Origin: a virus
Virus record (IMG/VR): IMGVR_UViG_3300037882_001492
Location: 1-64,000 of that record
DNA: 64,000 nt
Direction: 5' to 3' (one strand)
A model generated the notes under the pieces. It was not told the origin of the DNA and made no database searches. It saw only the letters and a program-made list of their open reading frames with translations. Below are positions 1 through 10,315 of the stretch, one piece after another (position 1 is the first letter of the stretch; every line of letters starts with the position of its first letter). Both the position numbers and the translations under genes were made by a program.

Positions 1-1324
1 CTTTCTTAACTTTCTTACCTTTTTTATCTAACTTGTCATCATCAGGGTAATAATTTTCTAAAATAGAAACTAAATCAAACTTCTCAAATAAAGCTGTTGG
101 TGTTTCTACTTCTCCTAATTCTTTAATAAGTTCATCAAAAAGCTCGTTAATATGAGCTGCAACGGTTAAAGCTTCAATACCAGCCGATTTATCTAACTTA
201 GCACTAAAGGCTTTTATATTGCTTTTTACGCTTTCTAGTTTAATCATTTCAGTAAACTGAGTTAGAATATCTTGTGATACTTTAGTAAGATTCGCCAAAT
301 TAGGCTTGATCTTAAGGGCATTAATGTTAATGCCGTATTTTGTGTTAAGTTCGTGGAGAACTGCTTCTTTGATTAATTTCTTTGCTTCAAAGATTTCAGA
401 AGCAAATTGAGTTTTATCTTTTTCCTTAACTGGAATTTTGTTTAATTCACAGACTAATTCATAAACATCACTCAAATCTGACTTAGTTGCTAACGCAAAG
501 TAAGGAACCGAATTAGCGGCTTCGAAAACATAATCGCTGAAATCTTCTTCTTCGCCTTCATTCCAAGCAAGAACAAGATTCTGTAGTTCTTTATTAGAAG
601 CCCATAGTTTGCTGAAATCTTGTTTGCTTTCTAATAGTTCTTTAGTAAGAAGTTCTTTATGGCAAAGAATCTCATAGATTGTCTTATCACCAATATCAGT
701 CGAAGTAAAACCTTCCGAAATAAGTTTATCGTAAGTAAGTTTTTCTTTAGGGAAGATACTTAAAAACTGTTTATTTAATCTTAAGAACGCTGTAAAATCA
801 TTATTCTTTAAAAGAGCAGCTTTGTTTTCAGTAACAAGTTTTTTAATCGAATCAGAGATTTCTTTGAAAGAAACGAACTCTTTCGATTCTTCAATGCCAA
901 TTTTCTTTGACATTCCATCAACTTTTGCTTTAACGCCTTTTCTGATCTTCTCAATGTTTTGTCTTTGTTCAAGAATCGAAACAACATTCATCCAAGAACA
1001 ATTTGCTGAATCAATAGAATCTTCTGAGATTTTTTCAATGAATCCATCAATTTGAAGTTTTAAGTATTCGTCAATCGCGCTATCAGACAACGAATCTTCC
1101 ACAGCAACTACAGTTCCGTTCTTTAAAACAATTTTGTTATCTTCTTTAGAATAACCAACTTTAAGAAATTTGTTAGATTCAGTTAAGAAAATAGCATTTT
1201 TAGAAGTTGGATCGAAACTAAACAAAACAACATTCTCACGAAGGCCATAGGTTAAACGATCAGCAACTTTGTTAAGTTCAATGGTTTCGCTATCTTTTAG
1301 ATTGAAGAAATGAGAAATTATCAT
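1..1324 (-). CDS. Truncated (runs off window) head-morphogenesis protein, possibly prohead core/scaffold
   Basis: Not in ORF track. ATG at 1324 (MIISHFFNLKDSETIELNKVADRLTYGLRENV...FLTESNK); the same frame reads ...DKLDKKGKKVKK at the window edge; directly downstream of the portal; L-x-E motifs typical of T4-like core proteins. Confidence 0.6.
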   Translation of the reverse strand, partial: MIISHFFNLKDSETIELNKVADRLTYGLRENVVLFSFDPTSKNAIFLTESNKFLKVGYSKEDNKIVLKNGTVVAVEDSLSDSAIDEYLKLQIDGFIEKISEDSIDSANCSWMNVVSILEQRQNIEKIRKGVKAKVDGMSKKIGIEESKEFVSFKEISDSIKKLVTENKAALLKNNDFTAFLRLNKQFLSIFPKEKLTYDKLISEGFTSTDIGDKTIYEILCHKELLTKELLESKQDFSKLWASNKELQNLVLAWNEGEEEDFSDYVFEAANSVPYFALATKSDLSDVYELVCELNKIPVKEKDKTQFASEIFEAKKLIKEAVLHELNTKYGININALKIKPNLANLTKVSQDILTQFTEMIKLESVKSNIKAFSAKLDKSAGIEALTVAAHINELFDELIKELGEVETPTALFEKFDLVSILENYYPDDDKLDKKGKKVKK

Positions 1325-1374
1325 AATACTCTTATTTTATATATGTTTCCTGAAAAGGCCAATAAAATATTCCC

Positions 1375-3015
1375 TTATTGTGGCGGACCTGCTTCTGCCC
1401 CTGCATTGGCTCCAATTTCTGCCGAAGCATTTGGTGGGGCATTAGGGTCCATTCCTGGTGGCGGCATTCCTGGGCCACCGGGAGGCATTCCCGGCATTGG
1501 CATTCCAGGGTTTTGCGCTCCTTCTTCTTTCATTTGTTTTTTCATTTGGGCCATTAATTCCATGATTTCTTGATCGGACAGGCCAAAATAAGTTTTGTAA
1601 ATGTATTCTTTAGGGAACAATGCAAGACCTTGAATTGCTTGAACAACTCTTGTTTTCTGTTCATCAATTTCCAAGCGTCTCTTTTCATGCATGTCCGAAG
1701 GAGGGCAGAGTTCAATTTCTGCATCATCGTACAGATAAAGAGGATATCCTTTTAATGCTAGATGAGTTCTGAAAACTTCTCCTAATGTGATCTTCAAATC
1801 TTTCTGAACTCTAGAAACGGCTTTGGAAAACTTAACATCTAACTGACTTAAATTAGCTTTTCTCTCAGGAGATTTATCTTTTTCAACAATAAAGTCTTTT
1901 GGAACTTTCATTGCTGCTAATACTTTATCTCTCCAATATCTTACATCGTCAATATCACCAAGGTTTTGAGCGCCCGGTAAGGGAACAATATCAGCACCTT
2001 TTCCGTTCTTAACAGGAACGAAGAAGTCTTCGTTCAAAGTTTCAGGGTTATAACGAGCATTTAAAGTACCAGTTGAAGAGTCATAGAATTTCTCTTTCTT
2101 ATACTTCTCTTTAACTTTTTCCATGTATGCTTCGACCTTAGTTGCAGGAAGATTTCCTACTTCAATCTTAAATACTCGTCTTTCTGGCGCTCTTGCCAAA
2201 CGGTAAATAATCATAGCATCTTCCATTAATCTTAAAGATCGGAAGGTTGCAATAGCAGGAGCCGCGATTCCTTTACCGTAAGGGTAGAAATCAGCATCAG
2301 AAGTTCTTCTTCTAAAGTGAGCAATTTGTTCCTTGGTAAGTTTAACTAACTTCTCTGGATCTGGTGCCGATGGCATTGATGCTTCGAAATCCGAGGTTGG
2401 AACTTGTTGAATATACTCAACTAAGTTACCGTAACTATCCTCTACTCTATACAAGAAATTAGGATTAAGAATTTTAATTCTCTGAATTCCCATTTCAGGT
2501 TCCTCTAAATCCAAAACTAACTCTACGAAACAATCACCATATTTGACTACATTTCTTGCAATATCCCAAATATGGAAATCTAATTTAGTGTTTTTAACAA
2601 AGTCTTTAAACTCATCTTTAATTATTTGTTCACTTGTATTAATTTTGAAAACCTTGCCATCAATATCTTCTTGTGTTGCATCATCTGAATAAATATCAAA
2701 TGCAGAGCTGATTTCAGGAAAAGCTTCCATAGATTCGAAAGTTCTATAGCGATCTCTACGCTTTCTTTCGACGGGAGGCATTTCTAAAACTCCCTGAGTG
2801 ATCCAGGAACTAGCAGAAGATTTCTTCGCTTGTCGGTCTAAATTATCAACTGTCTTAATTGAATCACCAGACTTTGCAGGTGGTTTTGACGAAAGCGGTT
2901 TATTGTCAGGGGTTTTAAAGAATCTCTTCCAGAAAGCATACCAAGGCCCACTAATAGGACCAGCGTTTGCCCTTTCAGGGAATTCAGTAAAGTTTTCGTT
3001 TAACTTAGGAGCCAT
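1375..3015 (-). CDS. 20: Portal protein (T4 gp20-like)
   Basis: Motifs LRLMEDAMIIYRLARAPERRVFKIEVGNLP, EDFFVP, LPGAQNLGDIDDVRY; Pro/Gly/Met-rich tail. Confidence 0.97.
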   Translation of the reverse strand: MAPKLNENFTEFPERANAGPISGPWYAFWKRFFKTPDNKPLSSKPPAKSGDSIKTVDNLDRQAKKSSASSWITQGVLEMPPVERKRRDRYRTFESMEAFPEISSAFDIYSDDATQEDIDGKVFKINTSEQIIKDEFKDFVKNTKLDFHIWDIARNVVKYGDCFVELVLDLEEPEMGIQRIKILNPNFLYRVEDSYGNLVEYIQQVPTSDFEASMPSAPDPEKLVKLTKEQIAHFRRRTSDADFYPYGKGIAAPAIATFRSLRLMEDAMIIYRLARAPERRVFKIEVGNLPATKVEAYMEKVKEKYKKEKFYDSSTGTLNARYNPETLNEDFFVPVKNGKGADIVPLPGAQNLGDIDDVRYWRDKVLAAMKVPKDFIVEKDKSPERKANLSQLDVKFSKAVSRVQKDLKITLGEVFRTHLALKGYPLYLYDDAEIELCPPSDMHEKRRLEIDEQKTRVVQAIQGLALFPKEYIYKTYFGLSDQEIMELMAQMKKQMKEEGAQNPGMPMPGMPPGGPGMPPPGMDPNAPPNASAEIGANAGAEAGPPQ

Positions 3016-4493
3016 TTAATGTATTCTTTATGTAGGTCTTTCTCACTTCGTTTAGACGACATGAAAGCTGATTCTGGTGAATATTCAGTACCGTCTGATT
3101 TTACATACTGAGAATCTATCGCACCAGAGTTAATAAGTTCTGTTCTTACAAGACCTGCAATTCCCAAAGCCATAACTAAATCGTCTGTACAACCTTCATC
3201 TGCTTCGATCTTTCCGGTATCTGTAATAATGAAAGTAGAAATTTCATCTCTCGTTCTTTCACAAAATAGTTTAATTTTCTTATTATACAAAGAATCTTGT
3301 AAAGCTTCTAAAACCGCATCTCGTTGATTCTTACCGCCGACTTTTACTCCAAGTTCTCCATCTTCTGCAAAATACATGTTCTCATACTCGTATTTTTCAA
3401 ACAATCTATCTAATACGATCTGGCCTAAAGTATTGCGTTCACCGACAATTAAAGCGTCATTATATTCTCTTGAGGCTGTGTAGATTAAATCTCCAAATCT
3501 TTCTGGCTTAACATTGTTAGAGCAATAAGATGCGACTTGTTTACCGGAATATAGATCAATTATATGGAATGCACTATTATCTCTCTTAACTCCGAATGCC
3601 GGATCGAAGGATAACATGTAAGAATATCCGTCTTTAGGCAACTCCCATTTCCAATATTTATCCCCAACTTCTCGATAAAGCGGCGGCATAACTCCTGATG
3701 AGATATTAATTAATGTTTCATCATCAATGAATGTATCGCCAGTACCGAGGAATTCACCCTCAATCTCCTGTCTCCAACCGCGAGAACCAAGAGTCTCTCG
3801 CATGGTTTTTTCCCAACCAGGATTGTTATATTCAGGATGCTCTTTCCAATGAATGTTAATTACTTTTAGTGGATTCTTCTCTTGTGCAGCATCTTTATAG
3901 AGTTGATAATAGTAATTCGCAGTTCCATTAACGGTTGAAAGTAATACTGCTCTACCACCAGTTGAGATTGTTGGAAATACTGCTTTCCAAAACTCTTCGA
4001 AACCTTCAATGAATGCAGCCTCGTCTACTACAAGCAATGAAACCGACTCTGATCTACCAGCACCAGCAGGTTGCGATCTAATTTTTGATTTAGTTGAAAG
4101 AGTTAAATTGTGCTTGTTTTTTTCTAAGATTTGAGGTCTTAACCAAGAAGGAAGACTCTCATACATGTTAATAACTCTCGTTAAGAAAGTAGTGGATTCT
4201 CTATCACCAATAGAAACTACCATCACATTTTTAAATTTGTGGAAAATAATGAACCACAAACAATAAGCACACATGATAGTTGTGGCACCGGCTTGACGGA
4301 ACTTTCGAATAATCCCAAATCTATTTTCCGTGATTTCTCTAATAATTCTCTGCTGAAACTTATATAATTCAAAAGGAACTACGCCGTGAATCGGGTGGAC
4401 AACATGAATATATTTCGAAATAAAATACACCGGATCTTCGGCACATTTTCTTAGTTCCTCTCTAATTTGCTCTTGCGAAATGATAGTTTGCAT
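3000..4493 (-). CDS. 17: Terminase large subunit (T4 gp17-like)
   Basis: KCAEDPVYF, Walker A-like RQAGATT, Walker B LLVVDEAAFI, LLSTVNG, nuclease DPAFG...D and DDLVMAL. Confidence 0.97.
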   Translation of the reverse strand: MQTIISQEQIREELRKCAEDPVYFISKYIHVVHPIHGVVPFELYKFQQRIIREITENRFGIIRKFRQAGATTIMCAYCLWFIIFHKFKNVMVVSIGDRESTTFLTRVINMYESLPSWLRPQILEKNKHNLTLSTKSKIRSQPAGAGRSESVSLLVVDEAAFIEGFEEFWKAVFPTISTGGRAVLLSTVNGTANYYYQLYKDAAQEKNPLKVINIHWKEHPEYNNPGWEKTMRETLGSRGWRQEIEGEFLGTGDTFIDDETLINISSGVMPPLYREVGDKYWKWELPKDGYSYMLSFDPAFGVKRDNSAFHIIDLYSGKQVASYCSNNVKPERFGDLIYTASREYNDALIVGERNTLGQIVLDRLFEKYEYENMYFAEDGELGVKVGGKNQRDAVLEALQDSLYNKKIKLFCERTRDEISTFIITDTGKIEADEGCTDDLVMALGIAGLVRTELINSGAIDSQYVKSDGTEYSPESAFMSSKRSEKDLHKEYIKWLLS

Positions 4494-5199
4494 AATTCCA
4501 ACCCAAAAACCCGATCATGTTTTAAATGAAACAATCGGAAAATCGCTACAAGAATCGTTTTCTGTTGCTAAGATTATATACACTCAAGAAAAGAACATTT
4601 TTGAATGTTTTAATGTTTCTAGTCCAGAATGGCAAAAAAAGTACAAATATTTGCCAAATGACAACGATACTTTAATATTTTGCCATGACGATATACAGAT
4701 TTTAAGTAATAAAACTCAAAATCACAAAAGTTTAGAAGTTTTAAACGATCCTGCGATTGGATTTATTGGAGTGGCCGGAACTACAATTTTAGACGGGGAA
4801 GCGGTTTGGTGGCAAAAGAAAATGGGTCAAGCCTTACATGGAGTTGTTTATCATATTCACGAAGATTATGGACTATTTTTAACTTCATACGGCGATAATT
4901 GCTTCAAACCCGTTGTAGCAATGGATGGAATCTTCTTAGCCGCGAAATATTGGACAATAAAAAAACTAGGTTTAACAAAACCTAGTTTTTTCGAAGGAGA
5001 TTGGGATTTCTATGACATTTATTACACTTCCCAAGCAATTCAAGCCGGATTGTGCAATTTAGTCGTTCCGATTATTGTTTTTCACGATTCATTAGGTAAA
5101 CCGAGGGAAGGATGGTTCAAAAACAGAGAAGGTTTTATTAAAAATACCCCTCTTCCATTAACGAGACGGTCTTACAACTACAGTACGGTTAGTTGGTAA
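4480..5199 (+). CDS. GT-A fold glycosyltransferase-like protein
   Basis: IFCHDDI DxD-type motif, GFIGVAG, VVAMDGIFLA, WDFYDI. Confidence 0.75.
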   Translation: MIVCIIPTQKPDHVLNETIGKSLQESFSVAKIIYTQEKNIFECFNVSSPEWQKKYKYLPNDNDTLIFCHDDIQILSNKTQNHKSLEVLNDPAIGFIGVAGTTILDGEAVWWQKKMGQALHGVVYHIHEDYGLFLTSYGDNCFKPVVAMDGIFLAAKYWTIKKLGLTKPSFFEGDWDFYDIYYTSQAIQAGLCNLVVPIIVFHDSLGKPREGWFKNREGFIKNTPLPLTRRSYNYSTVSW

Positions 5200-5667
5200 T
5201 TTACTCTTTATAGAGTTTAAATAGGCTTTTGAGCCATTATCAATGAGTAAAAAGTGAGTACATTTGGTTTTAAACACATCTAAAGTGTTTCCAATTGAAG
5301 AATTCCATTCTTTTAACTTTAAATCATTGTATTTCTCTTTAAAACCATCACCTTCAAATACAAATATCTTTACTGACTGACCGTCGTTTTTCTCTGCTTC
5401 ATTCATCTTCTTCCATTCTTTCTCATCGGATTTAGGAACTGCTGTTAACATTCCTGTTGGAACAAATAAATTACAGTCAAGCTTCAAATCCAATAAAATA
5501 TTAACAATTTGGATTCCAGATCCAAGCGGGTTAAATACGCTTACAGAATAAAATTCCTCTTTTGGGTTTAATACTAACATATTAAACAATAGAAATTTCA
5601 ATTGTGATAATTGTTCTTTATTAGAAATCTTACGAAGACTTCCTATAATGCCTAACGAACGGTCCAT
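5158..5667 (-). CDS. Hypothetical protein
   Basis: 169 aa ORF, TATAAT 5 nt upstream of ATG. Confidence 0.6.
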   Translation of the reverse strand: MDRSLGIIGSLRKISNKEQLSQLKFLLFNMLVLNPKEEFYSVSVFNPLGSGIQIVNILLDLKLDCNLFVPTGMLTAVPKSDEKEWKKMNEAEKNDGQSVKIFVFEGDGFKEKYNDLKLKEWNSSIGNTLDVFKTKCTHFLLIDNGSKAYLNSIKSKLPTNRTVVVRPSR

Positions 5668-5689
5668 GCAATATTATACATACTAGAGC

Positions 5690-5941
5690 ATGAAATATAA
5701 ACGCGGTGAAATTAATGAGTTTGTTGGCGCAGTATTGGGTACAGTAGCACAAAAAGCAATCGAGTGGCCCTTAAGAACAATCGGAGGCGCGGTTAAGGGT
5801 ACAGTAGTTGGTGGTCGGCATGTTGTGAAGGGTGCTAAGGATGGAATGACTAGTGAACTCGATCCGCCGAAAAAAAGCCGTGCAGAGAAGAAATTTAAGA
5901 AAGGATCTCTTCCTAAAGCGTCAAAAACTGAGGAAACTTAA
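5690..5941 (+). CDS. Small basic protein, possible internal head protein
   Basis: N-terminal MKYKRGEINE resembles a capsid-targeting/protease site leader. Confidence 0.55.
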   Translation: MKYKRGEINEFVGAVLGTVAQKAIEWPLRTIGGAVKGTVVGGRHVVKGAKDGMTSELDPPKKSRAEKKFKKGSLPKASKTEET

Positions 5942-6474
5942 ACTTCTACTCTAAGTTCTCTAATAACAGAACCGACATCTTTCAACAGTTTAGCATGTAA
6001 TGAAAGGTGATAGACACCCCAAATATTAAATGCTTCTTCATCTACTTGATGAATCTGGAAATAAATGTTCTGGAATCTAGGTTGGATAATATCGCCTGCA
6101 ATTGGAAGTCTGCCTAGTTTTTTCTTCAAGTAATCTTTATTGAATACAAATCTCTGGTCATTCGATAAAGTAATACCAAACTGTGTAATCTCTTGTCCTA
6201 TAGGTGCTGGTGTATAATGACCTCTAATTATTAGTTTATTAGCATATACTTTATCTCTATCTTCTTCATAAAGTTCATCAAAGTTCTCAGATCGCATGAA
6301 TTTAATGTAATACATGTCTGATCCACCTAATTCAATTACTTCTTGGTCAACCGAATTAAAGTATTCAATGTCTTGGTTATTCTCCCCGAAAAGACTTAAA
6401 CGAACATCTTCCGGTACATCTTCGGACGATTCCGGGTTTACAATAGTCTTCTCAAAGGGATAGATTTTAGACAT
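5938..6474 (-). CDS. 14: Neck / head-completion protein (T4 gp14-like)
   Basis: EVIELGG..YY, DELYEED, QFGI, PIAGDII...FQI..V pattern; head module context. Confidence 0.7.
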   Translation of the reverse strand: MSKIYPFEKTIVNPESSEDVPEDVRLSLFGENNQDIEYFNSVDQEVIELGGSDMYYIKFMRSENFDELYEEDRDKVYANKLIIRGHYTPAPIGQEITQFGITLSNDQRFVFNKDYLKKKLGRLPIAGDIIQPRFQNIYFQIHQVDEEAFNIWGVYHLSLHAKLLKDVGSVIRELRVEV

Positions 6475-6944
6475 TATTTAAGTTTTCTTCTAAGAAACAT
6501 GTGGTTTCTTTTCTTTTGATCGGCGCGTCTACTTTCAGGGTGGCCGCTTTTACTAGAGTATGCTTCGGGACTTACTCCCGTTCCTTTTCTTTTAACGCCT
6601 CTCATATTATCGTGTGATTGACGAGCGTTCCAAGTTAGACTTTTCTCTCTTGACCTTGTATTACTCTCTTTCTCTTTATGAGATTTTCTAACTCCCGTAA
6701 CACCTTTCTTTAATAGTTTTTTAATCCCCCCACTTCCCTCATTAATCTTACCAGACTTCTTAAGAGTTTTTTGAAGGTTTTTAATATCACCTTTAACCCA
6801 AAGCATATCACGCTTTAACTGTAAAAAGCTTCTCATATCACAAAGTTTATAATATTGCTTTCTCAAATTATCAGTCTTTTTCTGTAATTTGCTTTTTTTG
6901 TCCTTTCCTATTTCGGGATAACATGACGGGGAATCATAATACAT
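6474..6944 (-). CDS. Lys/Arg-rich protein with INEGS motif
   Basis: Highly basic; KINEGSGGIKK; CTATATAA upstream. Confidence 0.7.
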   Translation of the reverse strand: MYYDSPSCYPEIGKDKKSKLQKKTDNLRKQYYKLCDMRSFLQLKRDMLWVKGDIKNLQKTLKKSGKINEGSGGIKKLLKKGVTGVRKSHKEKESNTRSREKSLTWNARQSHDNMRGVKRKGTGVSPEAYSSKSGHPESRRADQKKRNHMFLRRKLK

Positions 6945-7017
6945 TTATCTTATATAGGGGCAGAATCGTCGGCCAATCCGGGGGAATATTCTATGATAGA
7001 AGGTCTAGATATAGCAG

Positions 7018-7533
7018 ATGCCGTACAATCCAGTCAAGAATAAAAAGTCGAGAAAATGGTACAACAGACAATACAAAGAATGGAATACTAGCGAACTGGA
7101 TTACCAAAAACAACGGGTCTATGCTATGGAATATTGTTTCTTTGAAAAGGAGAGACTAACAAAACATTTCAAAAATAAACAAGACATTATTAAATATATT
7201 ACAAAAATAACAGGTAATGTAAAATTCAAAAAGCTTTTTGGAGTCTATAAATTAGATGAAGAGTCTATTAATTTACATAAAAGTAAATATTCAACGACAA
7301 GCTATGCTGTTATCCATGATTCCAATTATGTTGAAATTCATTTCAGCAGAGTTTATTTACCTAGGTATATTGTTATGCATGAACTTGCCCATTGCATCTG
7401 CCCATATGGAATTGGACATGGCCCATTATTTTGTAGAGTTTATGCTGATTTAATTGGCCTTGAATACGGAGACGAAGAACGAACTAAATTCTTTAAATTA
7501 ATGGATGATTATGTTATTGATTATAAGATTTAA
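7018..7533 (+). CDS. HEXXH zinc metallopeptidase (SprT-like)
   Basis: IVMHELAHCIC...GHGPLF. Confidence 0.75.
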   Translation: MPYNPVKNKKSRKWYNRQYKEWNTSELDYQKQRVYAMEYCFFEKERLTKHFKNKQDIIKYITKITGNVKFKKLFGVYKLDEESINLHKSKYSTTSYAVIHDSNYVEIHFSRVYLPRYIVMHELAHCICPYGIGHGPLFCRVYADLIGLEYGDEERTKFFKLMDDYVIDYKI

Positions 7534-8060
7534 ATCTTTTTAAATTTAATTTCTTTACGGTTTGGGTGTTTAGCATCTAAAGGATTTTCTTTATTGAATT
7601 TTACAGCACCGGGAGACTTTTCGTTTTTGTAATCTTTAAATTCCTTATTCCATCTAGACTTTCTCGTTGCTAGTCTTTTTTTCATTACTTTCTTAAAAGA
7701 TCCCATATCGCCTTTCTTTGCGAAAGATGCCATTTTTCTGATTGATCTTTTTTGTCCTAATGAACCTTCTGTAATTCCTGCTCTTTTTTTCATATAGCGA
7801 AGGTGCAAGTTATTCATATGTTTCTGTTCTGCTTTATATTTTTTATGTCCCTGTCCTTTAGCTTGATCCGCCGCATGGTGTTTCCCTCTATTAAACGATT
7901 TATCTAAAGCTGAAAAGGAATCCATTGTAAGTTTTTTCACAGAAGTTCTTTTCCAAGCTTTAGAACTATGTTTAGCTTGAAGTTCAGGACTAGCTTTTTT
8001 AGAAACCATTCTTCTTAAAGACCTGTTGAAACCTTCCTTCATTAAATTAATTTTAATCAT
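7530..8060 (-). CDS. Lys/Arg-rich protein with ITEGS motif
   Basis: Likely ATG at 8060 (MIKINLMKEGF) just after the upstream stop; GITEGSLGQKRSIRK. Confidence 0.7.
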   Translation of the reverse strand: MIKINLMKEGFNRSLRRMVSKKASPELQAKHSSKAWKRTSVKKLTMDSFSALDKSFNRGKHHAADQAKGQGHKKYKAEQKHMNNLHLRYMKKRAGITEGSLGQKRSIRKMASFAKKGDMGSFKKVMKKRLATRKSRWNKEFKDYKNEKSPGAVKFNKENPLDAKHPNRKEIKFKKI

Positions 8061-8064
8061 TGTA

Positions 8065-8925
8065 TTATTTAGCTTTTCTTCTCTCACTCTCGCCAGCAAA
8101 TAACTTTCTAGCAAGCTTAGTCTTTCTTCCACGCTTAAATCTTTGTTGATCGGCAATTTCAACACTTTTTGAAAGAGAATTACTTCTCATCAACCGCTTT
8201 TTAGAGTCAGCTCTTTTAAAATCCAATTGAGCTTTAACTTTAGGTTTCCCAACCAAGTTTGTATCAAGTCTATATCTTCCTTTTCCGGCTCTACCATGTC
8301 TGTGTTTATCTTTAAATTGATTAACTTTAGATGCTATGAATGCCTTTCCGCGACCTTTTTTTGGATCGGACAATAGAATTCCACTTTTCCAAATTTGTGC
8401 CTTTTCTTCTTTAATTCCAGTTAATCTTTTCATACTATCTACTTTTTTATATTTTTGTTTTGCTTTAATACTTTTGTATTTGGACAATTCTTTATTAGAA
8501 TCTTTGCCAACTTTATCACCAATCTTATTCGCTGCAAATTTTGCCTTGCGTTTAAGTCTTAAAACTGACATTGAACCTTCATTAACTTTCTTTAGTTTTG
8601 ATTTTAACATTTCTTGTCTTGTAAATTTGTCTTTAGGGGTTTCCTTATGACGAATTTCAGATTTACCTGAATCTGTATGAGATTTTCTACCAAATAAACG
8701 ATTTAATCTAGTGTCTTTACTGATAACTGTTGGAGACTTTTGATGAAACAGTCTTTTTCGATCCATTTTAGTATCTCTTGCTTTAATGGATCGTTTAACA
8801 GAATCAACAACTTCCTTACTGCCAGAAGCACGGATAAAATCAGGATCTTTCGCAGATGCCTTTCTAAATGCTTTTCTAGAGTTTCGTAATAGCCTACGCT
8901 GCGATAAAGAACCTTCGTTTACCAT
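8065..8925 (-). CDS. Lys/Arg-rich protein with two VNEGS motifs
   Basis: MVNEGSLSQRRLLR, KVNEGSMSVLRLKRK; CTATATAA upstream. Confidence 0.75.
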   Translation of the reverse strand: MVNEGSLSQRRLLRNSRKAFRKASAKDPDFIRASGSKEVVDSVKRSIKARDTKMDRKRLFHQKSPTVISKDTRLNRLFGRKSHTDSGKSEIRHKETPKDKFTRQEMLKSKLKKVNEGSMSVLRLKRKAKFAANKIGDKVGKDSNKELSKYKSIKAKQKYKKVDSMKRLTGIKEEKAQIWKSGILLSDPKKGRGKAFIASKVNQFKDKHRHGRAGKGRYRLDTNLVGKPKVKAQLDFKRADSKKRLMRSNSLSKSVEIADQQRFKRGRKTKLARKLFAGESERRKAK

Positions 8926-8968
8926 ATTATTATATAGGAGTTGTTTTAAGACCTAAATACTTATAGTT

Positions 8969-9727
8969 ATGAGAAACAGAGAAACCCACCTATTAAAAAG
9001 AGGATTAAAGAAAAAATTTGCTAAACGAATTGCTGGACAGGCAGAAACAAGAACTGGTCGTACCCAAGACGATAAAATTGAACAAAATGCCGTAAAAAGA
9101 ACTTTAAAGATTAAAGGTCTAGCAACAAAAGGAAATTGGAAGAATATGAAAGACTACAAACACTTTAGTTATAGAGAAAATGTAAATGAAGGTTCAATGG
9201 GTTTGAGAAGATTAAAAAGAGTTGCTGATAAAACTGATCCTTTAAGCAAAAAATGGCTTAACACTTCTCGCAAGGAATACTACAAAACTCAAGATTCAAG
9301 CATTAGAAAAGGAGCCAAGGCCAAGAAAGTAAAAGCTAGAATAGAAAAGAACAGAGGATTTCAGTTTTACCTTAAAACAGGAAAAGATGTAAATGAAAGT
9401 AACGGGAGTAGAGATTACCAAGATATTCAAGCTACTAATGCAGAATTAAGAAAAGCAAATGCAGATGACAAAAGTCGTTCAAGTGATTCTCAAGATAGGA
9501 AATATACAATTAATAAACCAGATTTAAGTGTTTTAAATGACCCCAAAGTTCTTCGTAAATGGAAATCTGCAAGTAAAAGATTAAGTCAAAAAAATGCCAA
9601 GGGTTTAAAGAAACATATAGGCCAACCAGAAAGAAGAACAAAAAGCGATTTAAATTTTAACTCCAAAGCTAAAGGCGGGTCAACTTTGTCTCTTCTCAAA
9701 AAAAGTTTAAAATCTAAAAAATCCTAA
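8969..9727 (+). CDS. Lys/Arg-rich protein with VNEGS/VNES motifs
   Basis: NVNEGSMGLRRLKR, DVNESNGS; CTAAATA upstream. Confidence 0.75.
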   Translation: MRNRETHLLKRGLKKKFAKRIAGQAETRTGRTQDDKIEQNAVKRTLKIKGLATKGNWKNMKDYKHFSYRENVNEGSMGLRRLKRVADKTDPLSKKWLNTSRKEYYKTQDSSIRKGAKAKKVKARIEKNRGFQFYLKTGKDVNESNGSRDYQDIQATNAELRKANADDKSRSSDSQDRKYTINKPDLSVLNDPKVLRKWKSASKRLSQKNAKGLKKHIGQPERRTKSDLNFNSKAKGGSTLSLLKKSLKSKKS

Positions 9728-10043
9728 AAGAGTCCCAACCTTTTAAAATTAGAGTCCCAAAAGTATAATATTGCAAGTATGTGGTGGAGCCTTTTTTGTG
9801 TTGTGCTTAGTTTTCTTATAGGTGTGATTGTAGCACTATTTTTAGATAAAATTTTTCATTTTGAGAAATAACAAATAGAGTCCCTTAATTTTATTTATTT
9901 GATAGAATTTTATAAGTTTAATAGAATGATATAGAGTGCTATTAATAAAGATACTATCTTTGATATATTAGGCTGGCAAGTTGATAATGAGTCTCAACAA
10001 CGCGAGATTTTCCGGTGAAGATTGTGTGAAGAGAAGAAAAGGC

Positions 10044-10072
10044 TTGCATTTCATCCAATCTTAGGGTACAAT
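10044..10072 (+). promoter_or_regulatory. sigma70-type early promoter
   Basis: TTGCAT-17-TACAAT, ATG 6 nt downstream. Confidence 0.8.
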
Positions 10073-10078
10073 CGTGGC

Positions 10079-10315
10079 ATGGAAACGGAACGCATTGAAG
10101 TAGATTCCACCATGCTTAAGAGCCTGGAATACGACCATACGACCGGGACGCTAACGGCGCATTTCAAGGGATTACCTTATGCGTATTACAATGTTCCGGT
10201 AATGGTTTTCAATGCGTTGAAGCACGCCGCAGAGAATGGCGAGTCTGTTGGAAAATTGTTCCACGCTACGATCCTTAAGGCCGGATACGAATATTGCCGC
10301 ATGGAGGAAAACTAA
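10079..10315 (+). CDS. KTSC domain protein
   Basis: VDSTMLKSLEYD...TLTAHF...YAYYNVP...ESVGKLFH; true start probably ATG 10079. Confidence 0.85.
   Translation: METERIEVDSTMLKSLEYDHTTGTLTAHFKGLPYAYYNVPVMVFNALKHAAENGESVGKLFHATILKAGYEYCRMEEN

Noticed and set aside
3000-4493. Intron or intein in terminase or portal
   Set aside because: Both ORFs are continuous and of normal length
6474-9727. Ribosomal proteins or histones
   Set aside because: Only basic composition is shared; no recognisable family motif
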